DNA of 64,000 bases from Euryarchaeota archaeon UBA52 (GTDB lineage Archaea > Thermoplasmatota > Poseidoniia > Poseidoniales > Thalassarchaeaceae), in the NCBI GenBank assembly GCA_002505455.1, contig DAVB01000060.1:1-64000 (forward strand), given 5' to 3'. Numbering within the stretch: the first letter of the stretch is position 1; every line of letters starts with the position of its first letter. The notes under the pieces are model-generated. The model had not been told where the DNA came from. It saw nothing but the letters and a program-made list of their open reading frames with translations, and ran no database searches. A program made the position numbers and the translations under genes. Of the stretch, positions 9,617 to 19,616 are shown piece after piece.

Positions 9617-10654
9617 TCAAACCTCCCGCTTCTTCTTCGCATGACAGGCGAGAACCGAGGTAGCAAGGCTGGCAGCGGTAAACTGCGTTATCCCATATTC
9701 ATCCGGTGCGATTTCTGATACGTCGGCGCCGATGACGCGACCCTTCCCCTCGAATACGCCCTCTATGATCCGACTCACAAGCCAGTAGTCCAGCCCACCC
9801 GGCACCGGTGTTCCAGTTCCAGGTACAATTGAAGGATCTAAGGCATCAATATCTACACTCAGCCAAATGGGGCCGTTTATGTCGGACAAGCAATCAAGAA
9901 TAGAAAGAATAGCCGTTTCATCTTCTCGGATTTCTCTGGCTCGCCACGCACTGATTCTATCATCCGATTCTATCATGCGAGCTTCCTCCAAGGAATAGGC
10001 CCGAATTCCAATCTGAATAGCACGACCGAGCCCCTCATCAAGACATCTCCTGACCACCGTTCCATGACTAAAACGTTCACCATTCAACTCATCACGAAGA
10101 TCAGCATGGGCGTCCACCTGAACTAAGGTGAGATCGTGCAAAGATTCCAAAATTCCCCTTGAGACACAGGCCTTTAGCGCTGGAAGAAGAAGCCCATGCT
10201 CCCCCCCAAGTATGATTGGAAACTCGCCATGAGTTATTCCATGTTCGATATGATCCTGTATGGATTCAAGATGAGAGATCAAAGTCGGCCCTTCGAACCT
10301 CCATGCATCCAGGGTTCTAATGTTCATGCCTGCCGGCAAATCATCCCCGAGATAATCCGAGTAAGCCTCGACCTGTGAAGACGCTTCTAATGCGGCTGAG
10401 GGACCCATTGACGTGCCAGCCCCATAACTCACTGTCATTTCGAATGGTATCTGTATAACAGAAACATCCGGAACTTGCGACCAATCCTCTTCGAGACCGA
10501 GAAAACCGATTCTCGCCGACGCCGTCATAATTGCTCCGTGTGGCAACCGGTATTCGACGCTTACGCGAACCATGTTGAAATAACGAACCCTATGTCGATG
10601 GGTCGCGCAGGTGACGATACATGGGCCTAACACTCCAAGATCTAACCCAAGCAA
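9617..10654 (-). CDS. speB: Agmatinase / arginase-family ureohydrolase. The true start is probably the internal Met at ~10528 (MTASARIGFLG…).
   Basis: GGEHGLLLPA, DAHADLRDE and SVDIDALDP match the arginase-family Mn-binding motifs GGDHS / DAHxD / SxDxD. Trimming to M43 removes the overlap with 10621..11025. Confidence 0.75.
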   Translation of the reverse strand: MLGLDLGVLGPCIVTCATHRHRVRYFNMVRVSVEYRLPHGAIMTASARIGFLGLEEDWSQVPDVSVIQIPFEMTVSYGAGTSMGPSAALEASSQVEAYSDYLGDDLPAGMNIRTLDAWRFEGPTLISHLESIQDHIEHGITHGEFPIILGGEHGLLLPALKACVSRGILESLHDLTLVQVDAHADLRDELNGERFSHGTVVRRCLDEGLGRAIQIGIRAYSLEEARMIESDDRISAWRAREIREDETAILSILDCLSDINGPIWLSVDIDALDPSIVPGTGTPVPGGLDYWLVSRIIEGVFEGKGRVIGADVSEIAPDEYGITQFTAASLATSVLACHAKKKREV

Positions 10655-11025
10655 TTCGTAATCGTGTCGATGCGGACATGGAGGTTAGTGTCGCTGAATC
10701 GATTGCTGAACACGCACTCGGGTTCTTCGGCTTCTCCAATCGAATCATCGATAATGCGTTAGAGCCAAATGATAGGAATCTGTTCTACCAGCTCCAAGAT
10801 TATGACCTTTTGACGACTGAGTCGGAGGAGACCACACTCTGGGATGGAAGGGAGTGGAGAATACACTATTGGAAATTCAAGTCGAATGCAAGCCAGTATG
10901 TTGGAAGGGGATCCAAAGATAACGAGGAAGAAGATCCATATGCAGGCCTATACGAAGATGTCCCTCAGACTGTATGGCGAGAAAAAGCCGGTGAAGAAGA
11001 CGACTGGGATGAGCCACTGTTTTGA
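10621..11025 (+). CDS. Hypothetical acidic protein
   Basis: 134 aa with an ATG start. Acidic and Trp-containing (…WDGREWRIHYWKF…EEDDWDEPLF). No recognisable motif. Confidence 0.4.
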   Translation: MGLTLQDLTQAIRNRVDADMEVSVAESIAEHALGFFGFSNRIIDNALEPNDRNLFYQLQDYDLLTTESEETTLWDGREWRIHYWKFKSNASQYVGRGSKDNEEEDPYAGLYEDVPQTVWREKAGEEDDWDEPLF

Positions 11026-14000
11026 ATCACAACGCCCACAGCCTGTTATACGAAAAAGAGAGTAAGGACAACATGGCAACTCGGAAGGCCGAGGCACTCA
11101 TCTTGGCTGTGTTAGCAGCATCACTCGCCTTCTCATCGATTGCGGTAGCACAACAAGAAGGCAACGAGTCCGACTCTAGGATCTGTATCATACATGCGGA
11201 TTGGGGAACTTTCTGGAGTGATGCAGGGGAACAAATCCAACATGCGTACAGAGTGCAATTCTATCCGGCGCTTCCTCTTGCGGTTGACCCCTCTAACGTA
11301 GATGTTATCGTAACCCACCTAAATGATAATGGAATCCACGTTGGAACGTCTTCCTCCCTCACTGCCGGGGGAGTCATAGACATACAGATGACCCACCCTC
11401 CGTCATTTGGAGATGATATTTCTATCTCGGTTGAGACATCTGAAGCGTCTTGTGAGAGGTCGTTTGAAGTCACTATGTGGAATCAGCCGGTGATGGATCA
11501 TGAAATCACTAGGGAAACGTCTTGGTCGCTAACCTCCGGAGTTGACGAAACGGCCCTATCTGTAACCGGAAGAGGCTGGCAGCAACGCTCAGATTTGAAT
11601 CTAGAAGCCAATGAGCTTGGAAATGGAACCATACGACTTATGCTCAATGACCAAGATAGGGAGATCGACGTCAACCTGGATATTCAGAGAGCATGGTTGA
11701 ATGAGTCTTGGAATGGAACCGATCTTTCCAGCCAAGAGTTTCAACTAGAAGGCTCAGGAACAATACGAATGAGCCTCTATGATGGATTAGAGGGCATATC
11801 GGCCGATGGAACAGTTAAGCAAGCTAGATTCACAAGAACACTAGAAAATGGTATAGTTACAGAGCATCTAGAACTCGAGGCAAACGGCTCATTAGCTTTG
11901 AATTCAAATGAGGAAGGATCACTCGATATATCGGGCGATATGTCCCTGTTGAGGTATGAAACTACTGATGTAGACGGTGAACGAGTTTTCCAGGATATAT
12001 GGGTCGAGGCAATGGCCACAGCATTGATTGAGTTCGAATCAGATAGGATAGATTTCCAACTTGACGAGTTCATACTGAGGGAACGATGGGAAGGGGACCA
12101 GCGAGTTCAGCAGCATCAGAGATTCAGAGGAGAAGGCGATTTTGATGTCTTGATCGAGGATGAGAATGGTATCCAGATCGAGGTAAATGGAACCATTGAA
12201 GAGATTTACAATGAACAGTTAGACGGCGTAATGATAGCTGATACATTCATTCTTGATGGGATTTATTCAGGTACCGCCTCCGGAACATTTGGATCAGTCA
12301 GGCAAATCGTAGATGCTGGCGTGCAAGCCAACTCTTCTGGAGTTGACCACGACGTGCTAGTTATTCGTGACGAATATTGGTTCAATGTCTCAGGATCCGC
12401 ATTTACCGTCCCTGGCCAGGAGCTTTATTCCGATCATAATCTCACATATGTGTACATGACTCCCAATATTGACTGGGAATCTCCAGTAGTGAGATATCGT
12501 TATGTCGAGGATAATGGAGAAGTCAACAATGAATACCCGCCCGATTCCCCAAGAATCCTCAATCCAGTTCCTCCAGAGGCTGTCTCCATTCTTTCTTCAA
12601 ATGTGACCAGAGAGTCTGGGTTGGTGCCTGATGTACTAATTCAGGGCGATAGGGTGGATCTAGTACATGATGGTCGATTCTCCATGGCTGTTGAAGTCCA
12701 AAATACCTCAATTGCAGATATTGATGGTCATGAGGTCAAGTCAGCAGAATGGATCGGAACATACCCTGGAGGGGGACAAGCGTCTGGCTCCACAGTCAAT
12801 GAAGGAATTTTAGCAGGACTTCTGATTTATTGTGAGCGTGCGATTCCATTGTCACCTTTAGAAGATGAAGATACATCGATTTTCAGGGAAACTCAGACAG
12901 TCGATAGAGTGCTCAGGCCATCCGTGATAACTGCTGCTGAGAATACCCTCCCAGAGATTACAGCTATTACTTACAGAGAGGGGATATGGCGCGGTGAAGG
13001 CGACAATGTTCACCTTGAAGTCACTATCGAGGATCCAGATACAGATGTAGTTTCGGTTACCATAGATCTACATGGCGAGGACTGGGGGATACTGGAGCTT
13101 TCAGACTCGGGCCTCTCAGGCGATCTTGTTGTTCATGATGACATCTGGACCGTCCAGGCCAACTCTTCTGCGTTAATCTATGGATCCATGGAAGCCACTA
13201 TCCACGTGGAGGATATTTGGGCGACAGTCTCTGAGAACATCATGCTGAATATCACCAACCCCGGCCCCAGGGTTATAGAGGTCGATAGGTCACCAAATCG
13301 ACTATTCCGGGGCGAAGAGTTCTCTATCACGGTTGACGCAACGGATATGCACGGAATTGCAACTGTTAGTGTAGACTTACAGTCATACGGTGGCAATAAG
13401 ATGATGCTTGAATTCAATGGAGAAATATGGTCAGGTAGAGCCATTATGCCAATGGGGGTAAGTCCAGGAAAGGTGGCTTTCCCCATTGTACTCGAGGACT
13501 CATTTGGAGCAAGAACAATCCATACCGGCGTATTGGGTGACGACGTATCATTCATCGTACTGAATGAACCGCCTATGATTTCCCCTTCGATACTAATCAG
13601 GGCCGATCCGCAGACCACAGAGGGGGAGTACCTTGATTCCGTACTTTTACCGATTTCAGGGGACTCCATTCTACACGTCATGGAGGTAAGTGTTTCCGAT
13701 CCAGATGGGGTTTCTGTCGTTCAGACCAAAATAGGCCGGTTGGCGCCAATAGGATCATCAGAGTCATGGTTGAACATGAATGATGATGGCATCAATGGAG
13801 ATAGTGTTGCGGGGGACGGGGTATACTCTTTGGTATTCAACGCAAGATCCTCTCTAGAACCCGGAATCATGGAAATAAAGATCAGGGCGACAGATATCTA
13901 TCAGTCCATGACTCCCCTTGAAGAACAAGGTCATCAGATCACACTTGTCAGAGAGGAACCATCAGATTCCGCTAGCTGGCTTTCAAGTAATGCCGACATA

Positions 14001-14087
14001 CTGGCAGTTGTAGCTGCAGCAATACTAACAGTAGGTGCATTCGGGGCGATAATCAGAGTTTTCACCTCCGATGAATCGATTCAGTAG
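11022..14087 (+). CDS. Large secreted acidic cell-surface protein with signal peptide and C-terminal TM anchor. The likely true start is ATG 11073 (MATRKAEALILAVLAASLAFSSIAVAQQ).
   Basis: About 1000 aa and D/E/N/T-rich. Predicted signal peptide. C-terminal …ADILAVVAAAILTVGAFGAIIRVFTSDESIQ helix. No catalytic motif recognised. Confidence 0.8.
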   Translation: MNHNAHSLLYEKESKDNMATRKAEALILAVLAASLAFSSIAVAQQEGNESDSRICIIHADWGTFWSDAGEQIQHAYRVQFYPALPLAVDPSNVDVIVTHLNDNGIHVGTSSSLTAGGVIDIQMTHPPSFGDDISISVETSEASCERSFEVTMWNQPVMDHEITRETSWSLTSGVDETALSVTGRGWQQRSDLNLEANELGNGTIRLMLNDQDREIDVNLDIQRAWLNESWNGTDLSSQEFQLEGSGTIRMSLYDGLEGISADGTVKQARFTRTLENGIVTEHLELEANGSLALNSNEEGSLDISGDMSLLRYETTDVDGERVFQDIWVEAMATALIEFESDRIDFQLDEFILRERWEGDQRVQQHQRFRGEGDFDVLIEDENGIQIEVNGTIEEIYNEQLDGVMIADTFILDGIYSGTASGTFGSVRQIVDAGVQANSSGVDHDVLVIRDEYWFNVSGSAFTVPGQELYSDHNLTYVYMTPNIDWESPVVRYRYVEDNGEVNNEYPPDSPRILNPVPPEAVSILSSNVTRESGLVPDVLIQGDRVDLVHDGRFSMAVEVQNTSIADIDGHEVKSAEWIGTYPGGGQASGSTVNEGILAGLLIYCERAIPLSPLEDEDTSIFRETQTVDRVLRPSVITAAENTLPEITAITYREGIWRGEGDNVHLEVTIEDPDTDVVSVTIDLHGEDWGILELSDSGLSGDLVVHDDIWTVQANSSALIYGSMEATIHVEDIWATVSENIMLNITNPGPRVIEVDRSPNRLFRGEEFSITVDATDMHGIATVSVDLQSYGGNKMMLEFNGEIWSGRAIMPMGVSPGKVAFPIVLEDSFGARTIHTGVLGDDVSFIVLNEPPMISPSILIRADPQTTEGEYLDSVLLPISGDSILHVMEVSVSDPDGVSVVQTKIGRLAPIGSSESWLNMNDDGINGDSVAGDGVYSLVFNARSSLEPGIMEIKIRATDIYQSMTPLEEQGHQITLVREEPSDSASWLSSNADILAVVAAAILTVGAFGAIIRVFTSDESIQ

Positions 14088-14088
14088 A

Positions 14089-14163
14089 TGGTGCGAGCGC
14101 CGGGATTTGAACCCGGGTTCCCACGTTGGCAACGTGGGGTGATAACCACTACACTACGCTCGC
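14089..14163 (-). tRNA. tRNA-Gly (anticodon GCC) with genomically encoded CCA
   Basis: The reverse complement gives GCGAGCG-TA-GTGT…CCACG-TTGCCAA-CGTGG…CCGGG-TTCAAAT-CCCGG-CGCTCGC-A-CCA. Cloverleaf shows a 7-bp acceptor, a 5-bp anticodon stem and a T-arm. Anticodon GCC. Confidence 0.85.
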
Positions 14164-14193
14164 AGTGAGCCGGGTGTCCGGAACTTGCCTTTT

Positions 14194-14574
14194 CTATGCG
14201 TCGGTCGAGAAGTTATCTGCCATTCTTGAGATTCGAAGCAAAATTTCGTCTCTAGTGCTCCTGAAGACTTCCAGATTCTGGCCAACCGGGTCTTCCAACT
14301 GCCAGTCTTCGTCTATGGGTATGTTTGGGCATGAAACGCCACACCCCATGCTGACGATCTTATCGTAATCACCTGGGTAGACGATATCGACCGATTTTGG
14401 AATAAGGCCTTCCGAGGAGTATCCCTCTTCAAGAAGCGCTTTTATGGCGTTTTCAGATACTCTATCCCCCGGTTCCGTGCCTCCAGAATATGCCTCGTGA
14501 CCATGATACCTTGCAATCGATTCAGCCATCTGACTCCTGCATGTGTTCCCCACGCAGACGAAAAGTAACTTCAT
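14194..14574 (-). CDS. arsC: Low-molecular-weight phosphotyrosine phosphatase-fold arsenate reductase (ArsC, LMW-PTP type)
   Basis: 126 aa. N-terminal LFVCVGNTCRSQMAE (CX5R P-loop). Downstream Cys in …SMGCGVSCP. Confidence 0.75.
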   Translation of the reverse strand: MKLLFVCVGNTCRSQMAESIARYHGHEAYSGGTEPGDRVSENAIKALLEEGYSSEGLIPKSVDIVYPGDYDKIVSMGCGVSCPNIPIDEDWQLEDPVGQNLEVFRSTRDEILLRISRMADNFSTDA

Positions 14575-14674
14575 AGTTTCATGAACAGAACCTAAGATAC
14601 TTGAATCTCACCCGCAGATAAACTATACACACATATAGACTCAGTTTGAAGTATCGGTGTCGATGTGAGTAGCC

Positions 14675-15688
14675 ATGGCAGAGGGTCCAGTTTCCTATCA
14701 CTCCGGCGACCAACCCCAGAACGATGAGAAGACTGCTGCTACAAATGAACAGACCGCACAAATGGAGCAGGCATATGCTCAGATGCGTCGAAAGATGCGA
14801 ATGGAAGAGATGGATAAGTCGATTAAACACAAGATAATGGTGCTCTCGGGCAAAGGCGGTGTCGGAAAATCCACTGTTTCTGCTGGCTTAGCCCTCACTC
14901 TGGCACGCAGAGGAATGTCAGTCGGAATCATGGATATTGATATCACCGGCCCAAATATCCCCAAGATGCTGGCACTTGAAGAAGCCGAGCTACATGTCGA
15001 GGAGGGCCAGATATTCCCTGCGATAGGGCCTGAAGGAATCAAGGTCATCTCAATGGCATTCCTCATCGAGGATCCCGATAAGCCGGTAATATGGAGGGGC
15101 CCAATCAAACTCGGTGCCATCCAGCAATTCATTGGCGATGTAGCATGGGGCAAGTTAGACGCGCTCATAATCGATTTTCCTCCGGGAACTAGTGATGAAC
15201 CGCTCACTGTTTCACAGAGTCTCCCAGGGATAGACGGAGTCGTCATTGTAACAACCCCTCAAGAAGTCGCTTTACTCGATAGTCGAAAGTCGATCAACTT
15301 CGCGAAGACAGTTTCCCTCCCAGTCATAGGTGTCGTGGAAAATATGAGCGGGTACACGCTGACGGGATCAGCACCGCCCGGTTCATCAGTGTCAATAGAC
15401 GCACCCGGCGGCGTAACCTTGGAGTTAGAAACTGATGAAAACGGGAGATGGGAAACCGTTCTAGATGTTTTCAAATCCGGCGGAGGGGAAAAAGCGGCAA
15501 AGGATTTGGAAGTCCCCTTTTTGGGCAATATTCCATTCGATCCAGGAGTCGTCAGAGGCGGTGATGATGGAGTACATCGAATCATTGCAGATCCTGAGGG
15601 ACCAACTGCAAGGTCATTCATCAAAGTAGTCGACAAAGTCATGCAAGTAGTCGAAGCAACAGAGAGAACACCCGTCAACATCCGATAA
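14675..15688 (+). CDS. apbC: Mrp/NBP35-family Fe-S cluster carrier ATPase (ApbC)
   Basis: KIMVLSGKGGVGKST is the deviant Walker A. CxxC-type region. 337 aa. Confidence 0.9.
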   Translation: MAEGPVSYHSGDQPQNDEKTAATNEQTAQMEQAYAQMRRKMRMEEMDKSIKHKIMVLSGKGGVGKSTVSAGLALTLARRGMSVGIMDIDITGPNIPKMLALEEAELHVEEGQIFPAIGPEGIKVISMAFLIEDPDKPVIWRGPIKLGAIQQFIGDVAWGKLDALIIDFPPGTSDEPLTVSQSLPGIDGVVIVTTPQEVALLDSRKSINFAKTVSLPVIGVVENMSGYTLTGSAPPGSSVSIDAPGGVTLELETDENGRWETVLDVFKSGGGEKAAKDLEVPFLGNIPFDPGVVRGGDDGVHRIIADPEGPTARSFIKVVDKVMQVVEATERTPVNIR

Positions 15689-15744
15689 AACCCTCTCTTA
15701 GGGGTTCCATTCATGATGTGGACACGGGCACATAGGCTCGTAAC

Positions 15745-17844
15745 ATGGCGCAGACAGGTATCTATCTCACTTGGGTCACCGCAGCAATTCTCTGTAGTAT
15801 CGTATTGATGCCGTTGCTTAGACCGAGATTCATTCGCCACTCGTGGAGCGCTTACGTGGATATGTTCCGAAGATATTGGTTTCACATGGTCATCGTATTC
15901 TCCGTTTATCTTTGGAAAGATCCGCTCGATCAAATAGACAGGGCTCTGATGGCCAGTACAAGAATCGAGATCACTCCATACATCTATGCTATCGAGGGCG
16001 ATGTTGTTCTCTGGGTGCAGGATAAATTCCAGTCGAAACTCCTCACTTCGGGACTTACCCACTTCTATGTCATGGGATACATGACTGCAATATTCTCAGC
16101 TTTCATTTATCCAATTTACGTCGATGACAGATACATGGCGGATAGAGTATCACTGACAATGTTTTACGTCTACATCTTAGCCGTGCCATTCTATCTCTTT
16201 TTGAACGTGCGAGTCACGGGGGATGTTATACCCGGTATGGAAACATTAGCCTACGACTTAACCCCGGAGATTAGGAACTGGTTCGCCGGTATCGATCCGT
16301 TCACCAATGGGATGCCAAGCCTACATGTTGGAATGCCTGTTGCTATCTGGTTAGCCTTCATCAGATGGGATGATGATGGGAGATGGAACAGATTCACGAA
16401 TCTACTCGGCGTTTTCATCCTCGTCACAAGCTTCACCATCGTTTATCTCGGCATACATTGGATTGCAGACATACTCGGGGGCGTAATAATCGCGCATCTT
16501 GCAGTAGCCCTTACTGATAAAACAAGAAAAGGCGTCTGGGGTGCCTTTGATGAACGTTTGATAGGACGACGGTTTGCCCTACTGATAGATAATCCGAAAC
16601 TAGCTATGAAGAAGGCAAGAAGAATCATTTACAGAACCTTGAGGCCTTATCGACAGGCCTCCAAGAAGCAGACCTCGGCCGCCATAGTGGCAGTTCTTTT
16701 TCTGACGACGACCATACTTGTTTACGATGCTACACACCAATCATTTCCCTTGGAAGGTGTCGAATTCCCATCAGAGGCGACAGGAGAGGGAGAGTGGATG
16801 ATTGCAGTCAATGAAACACCAGATGAGGCACCTATGATCACGGCATGGAATCTCAGTACAACTGAATCATACGTGGTTGGGGGCGCCCCGTGGGCAATCA
16901 CCCCCTCCGTCGAAATATCCGAAGATAAGATGGCAATTTACGCAGGTTTCAGATTCGACTGGTTTGTAATCGATACTTCCTTCGGCACGATTTCACCACA
17001 ATACAGGAACGATATGGAGATGAGGATACACGATCTTGCAATTGGCACAACAGTGGATGGCACTTCTTATGCTGCTATATTGGACGACGATGGCATATCT
17101 GTCCTGTACCCTTCAGGGTCGGAAATTGCGAAGATACCGGATGCGGTCGGTGCAACTGCACTCACAGCATCTGGCGATTCAGTAATATGGGCGACTAATG
17201 GAACCGGGGGACCAGAGTTAAGCATATTTTCAGTATCCTCTGAGACGAGACAGAACATCCTCGTAAATGCCTCTGCTAGTGATGAAATAGAATCCGGACT
17301 AATAGATGCAGAAATCTTAGTTGACCCAGCTAACGGGACAGTTACCGAGATATCAGCGGATGGAACATCTATTGCAGCAGTCGTGGACGTCGGTCAGATG
17401 AGACGCATCGTGCTTTTCGATAGAGTAGTCGGAAATTCAGCCATCATATCAGAACCAGCTTGGGATGCATGGGCCCCACATCTGACAGGAGATAGCATAG
17501 TTTTCACTCAAATCACAGCTTTCGATCCGAACAATCAGGGTATTGATAACGATCTAAACGACGTATATCTCTACGACGGATCGTCTTCAATCTCACTTAC
17601 AAGTGGTTCAGAAGCATTCCATGAAGACCCAAGAATTGTCTCCATCGGCGCTGCATGGCTTGTTACTGATGAAGATGGGAATACCATACTCGAAGTATAC
17701 AAATTAGAAGAAACATTCGAGCCATATTCTTCCATTCTTCTCCAGGCTGCAGTGGTGATACTTGCCCCCCTCTTGATGCTCTGGACCGTCCAAGCAGCAT
17801 CGGAGAGCAAACTTCCTCAAGACTCAGCAAGTTCGAACATCTGA
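15745..17844 (+). CDS. Membrane protein with an N-terminal PAP2-like (acid phosphatase/IPC synthase-like) polytopic domain, a ~450-aa extracytoplasmic domain and a C-terminal TM anchor
   Basis: GMPSLHVG…LGIHWIADILGGVIIAHL resembles PAP2 motifs PSGH / SRx5Hx3D. Long non-hydrophobic middle region. C-terminal LLQAAVVILAPLLMLWTV helix. Confidence 0.55.
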   Translation: MAQTGIYLTWVTAAILCSIVLMPLLRPRFIRHSWSAYVDMFRRYWFHMVIVFSVYLWKDPLDQIDRALMASTRIEITPYIYAIEGDVVLWVQDKFQSKLLTSGLTHFYVMGYMTAIFSAFIYPIYVDDRYMADRVSLTMFYVYILAVPFYLFLNVRVTGDVIPGMETLAYDLTPEIRNWFAGIDPFTNGMPSLHVGMPVAIWLAFIRWDDDGRWNRFTNLLGVFILVTSFTIVYLGIHWIADILGGVIIAHLAVALTDKTRKGVWGAFDERLIGRRFALLIDNPKLAMKKARRIIYRTLRPYRQASKKQTSAAIVAVLFLTTTILVYDATHQSFPLEGVEFPSEATGEGEWMIAVNETPDEAPMITAWNLSTTESYVVGGAPWAITPSVEISEDKMAIYAGFRFDWFVIDTSFGTISPQYRNDMEMRIHDLAIGTTVDGTSYAAILDDDGISVLYPSGSEIAKIPDAVGATALTASGDSVIWATNGTGGPELSIFSVSSETRQNILVNASASDEIESGLIDAEILVDPANGTVTEISADGTSIAAVVDVGQMRRIVLFDRVVGNSAIISEPAWDAWAPHLTGDSIVFTQITAFDPNNQGIDNDLNDVYLYDGSSSISLTSGSEAFHEDPRIVSIGAAWLVTDEDGNTILEVYKLEETFEPYSSILLQAAVVILAPLLMLWTVQAASESKLPQDSASSNI

Positions 17845-18962
17845 TTGAGGCAGTCTCGAGCTCTACCGATCACATCTTTTCCTATCTCAACTATTTGATC
17901 CCCTCTCGGAGACTCGATTGCTTGCAGGATATCTTCCAAATGAGTTCTTTTCATGTGCCTGCACATCGAACAAGCTCCCATTAATTCAATTGGCTTTTCT
18001 GATTCAGCCATGGCTCGCTCTGCCGTACCACATTCAGTAATCATCATCACTGCAGCCTCTTCTTCAGACGCAATTCGCTTGGCTTCAATGAGTATCCTTT
18101 CTGAACTGCCAACAAAGTCACTCGCAGCCAAGACATCGGCATCACATTCAGGATGAGCCAGCACCCGCAACTCAATACCCCTCTTATCCGCCTCTCTTCT
18201 CTGACGTTGGATACTACTTGTGTTGAATGCTGCGTGAACTTCGCAATCCGCTTCATGCAGATACACGGTCTTTTTCCCCTGGAGATGTGTCTTCAGATGT
18301 TGGCCCATGAGTCTGTCCGGAACGAAAATTAACTCATCACCAGGAAGATTTTCTGCGATTGAAAGATAATTGCTACTGGTGACACAAACATCGCATTCAG
18401 CTTTAACCGCCGCAGTTGTGTTGATGTAACAAGCCACAGGTACGCCCGGATGCAGTGCTTTAAGTTCACGAACGTCATCTGCGCAGATCCCTTCTGATAG
18501 CGAACAACCAGCTTCCGGAGAGGGGTGAAGGACCGTCTTATCCGGGCTGAGTATTTTAGCCGTCTCTGCCATGAATCGGACACTTGAGAACAGTATGACT
18601 GATTGGGGAGCATCCCTGGCGATCTTAGAGAGTGTGTAACTGTCTCCAACAGCATCTGCAACCCCATAGACGATGTCGGGCGTCTGATACGTATGCGCAA
18701 TCAGAATGACGTCTTTCTCCTTCTTGAGACGATTGATTTTCAATGTTAATGGCGCAATTGTCAGACAGGCATCAAAACTCCACCTCATTTTCTGACCTAT
18801 GCCTTCCATGAGCCTATTTGCCTCAAACTCTAACTCATCACTATCCATTGATAGAGAATGAATTAGATTCTTTCTCTGGGGCAAAGGCGGCAGTTTCAGG
18901 ACCATCTCGACAAAACCCCTTCTGACTGCAATACCTTTCAAGCCATCTAATGTGGAACCCAT
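17817..18962 (-). CDS. nadA: Quinolinate synthase NadA (start probably the internal Met, MDSDELEF…, ~18848)
   Basis: ILIAHTYQ, FSSVRFMAETAKIL, CYINTTAAVKAECDVCVTSSN, AHPEC, MMITECGTA and CSMCRHMK are the conserved NadA blocks and Cys ligands. Confidence 0.9.
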   Translation of the reverse strand: MGSTLDGLKGIAVRRGFVEMVLKLPPLPQRKNLIHSLSMDSDELEFEANRLMEGIGQKMRWSFDACLTIAPLTLKINRLKKEKDVILIAHTYQTPDIVYGVADAVGDSYTLSKIARDAPQSVILFSSVRFMAETAKILSPDKTVLHPSPEAGCSLSEGICADDVRELKALHPGVPVACYINTTAAVKAECDVCVTSSNYLSIAENLPGDELIFVPDRLMGQHLKTHLQGKKTVYLHEADCEVHAAFNTSSIQRQRREADKRGIELRVLAHPECDADVLAASDFVGSSERILIEAKRIASEEEAAVMMITECGTAERAMAESEKPIELMGACSMCRHMKRTHLEDILQAIESPRGDQIVEIGKDVIGRARDCLNQMFELAES

Positions 18963-19616
18963 ATGGCCGGGGATGATTGGCTTCCATGGATGGCCCTAGA
19001 AACCATTCATTTGGGTGCTGAAGCCGAAGTAATTTCAGGCACATGGATGGGAAGAAACGCTGTTCTTAAGCGAAGAATACCGAGAGGTTACCGACACCCT
19101 TCTCTTGAACGGAATCTTTCACGTCAAAGGATATTCGCTGAAGCTAGAATCCTCGTACGTCTCTGTGAAAATGAGGTCAAATCCCCGATTTTATTCGGAA
19201 TCGACCCAGAGGAAGGATGGATAATGATGAGTAGGATAGAAGGACCAACTCTTGCTCAAGTACTCCAAGAGGATTCTGATTACCAGATGGAACATAAGCT
19301 TGGGCAGGCTATCCGGAGAGTCCACTCAACAGGCATATCACATGGCGATGTAACCACATTGAATGCCATATGGTCTGATGATGATGTAATTATGATTGAT
19401 TACGGTCTTGGCCGTTTAGTGGCTGAAATGGAACACTTTGGCCTCGATCTCCATTCTCTTCACGAATGCCTTTCTGCGCATCATGTCGATAGACCAGAAT
19501 CTATGAAACGAGTTTTGAAAGGATATCTAGATGATTCCACATCAGATAATTTCGATGCACGTGCAGTGGTAGATAGATTTGAGGCCATACGGGGGAGGGT
19601 GCGATACCATGCCTAG
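18963..19616 (+). CDS. bud32: KEOPS complex kinase Bud32 (Kae1-associated Ser/Thr kinase)
   Basis: 217 aa. …IHLGAEAEV…GRNAVLKRRIPRGYRHPSLERNLSRQRIFAEARIL… and ISHGDVTTLNAIW (the HGDLTTSN catalytic loop). Confidence 0.85.
   Translation: MAGDDWLPWMALETIHLGAEAEVISGTWMGRNAVLKRRIPRGYRHPSLERNLSRQRIFAEARILVRLCENEVKSPILFGIDPEEGWIMMSRIEGPTLAQVLQEDSDYQMEHKLGQAIRRVHSTGISHGDVTTLNAIWSDDDVIMIDYGLGRLVAEMEHFGLDLHSLHECLSAHHVDRPESMKRVLKGYLDDSTSDNFDARAVVDRFEAIRGRVRYHA

Noticed and set aside
14779-16062. Minus-strand ORFs 14779..15246 and 15259..16062
   Set aside because: They are antisense to the Mrp/NBP35 and PAP2-like genes. They are Ser/Pro-rich with no motifs.
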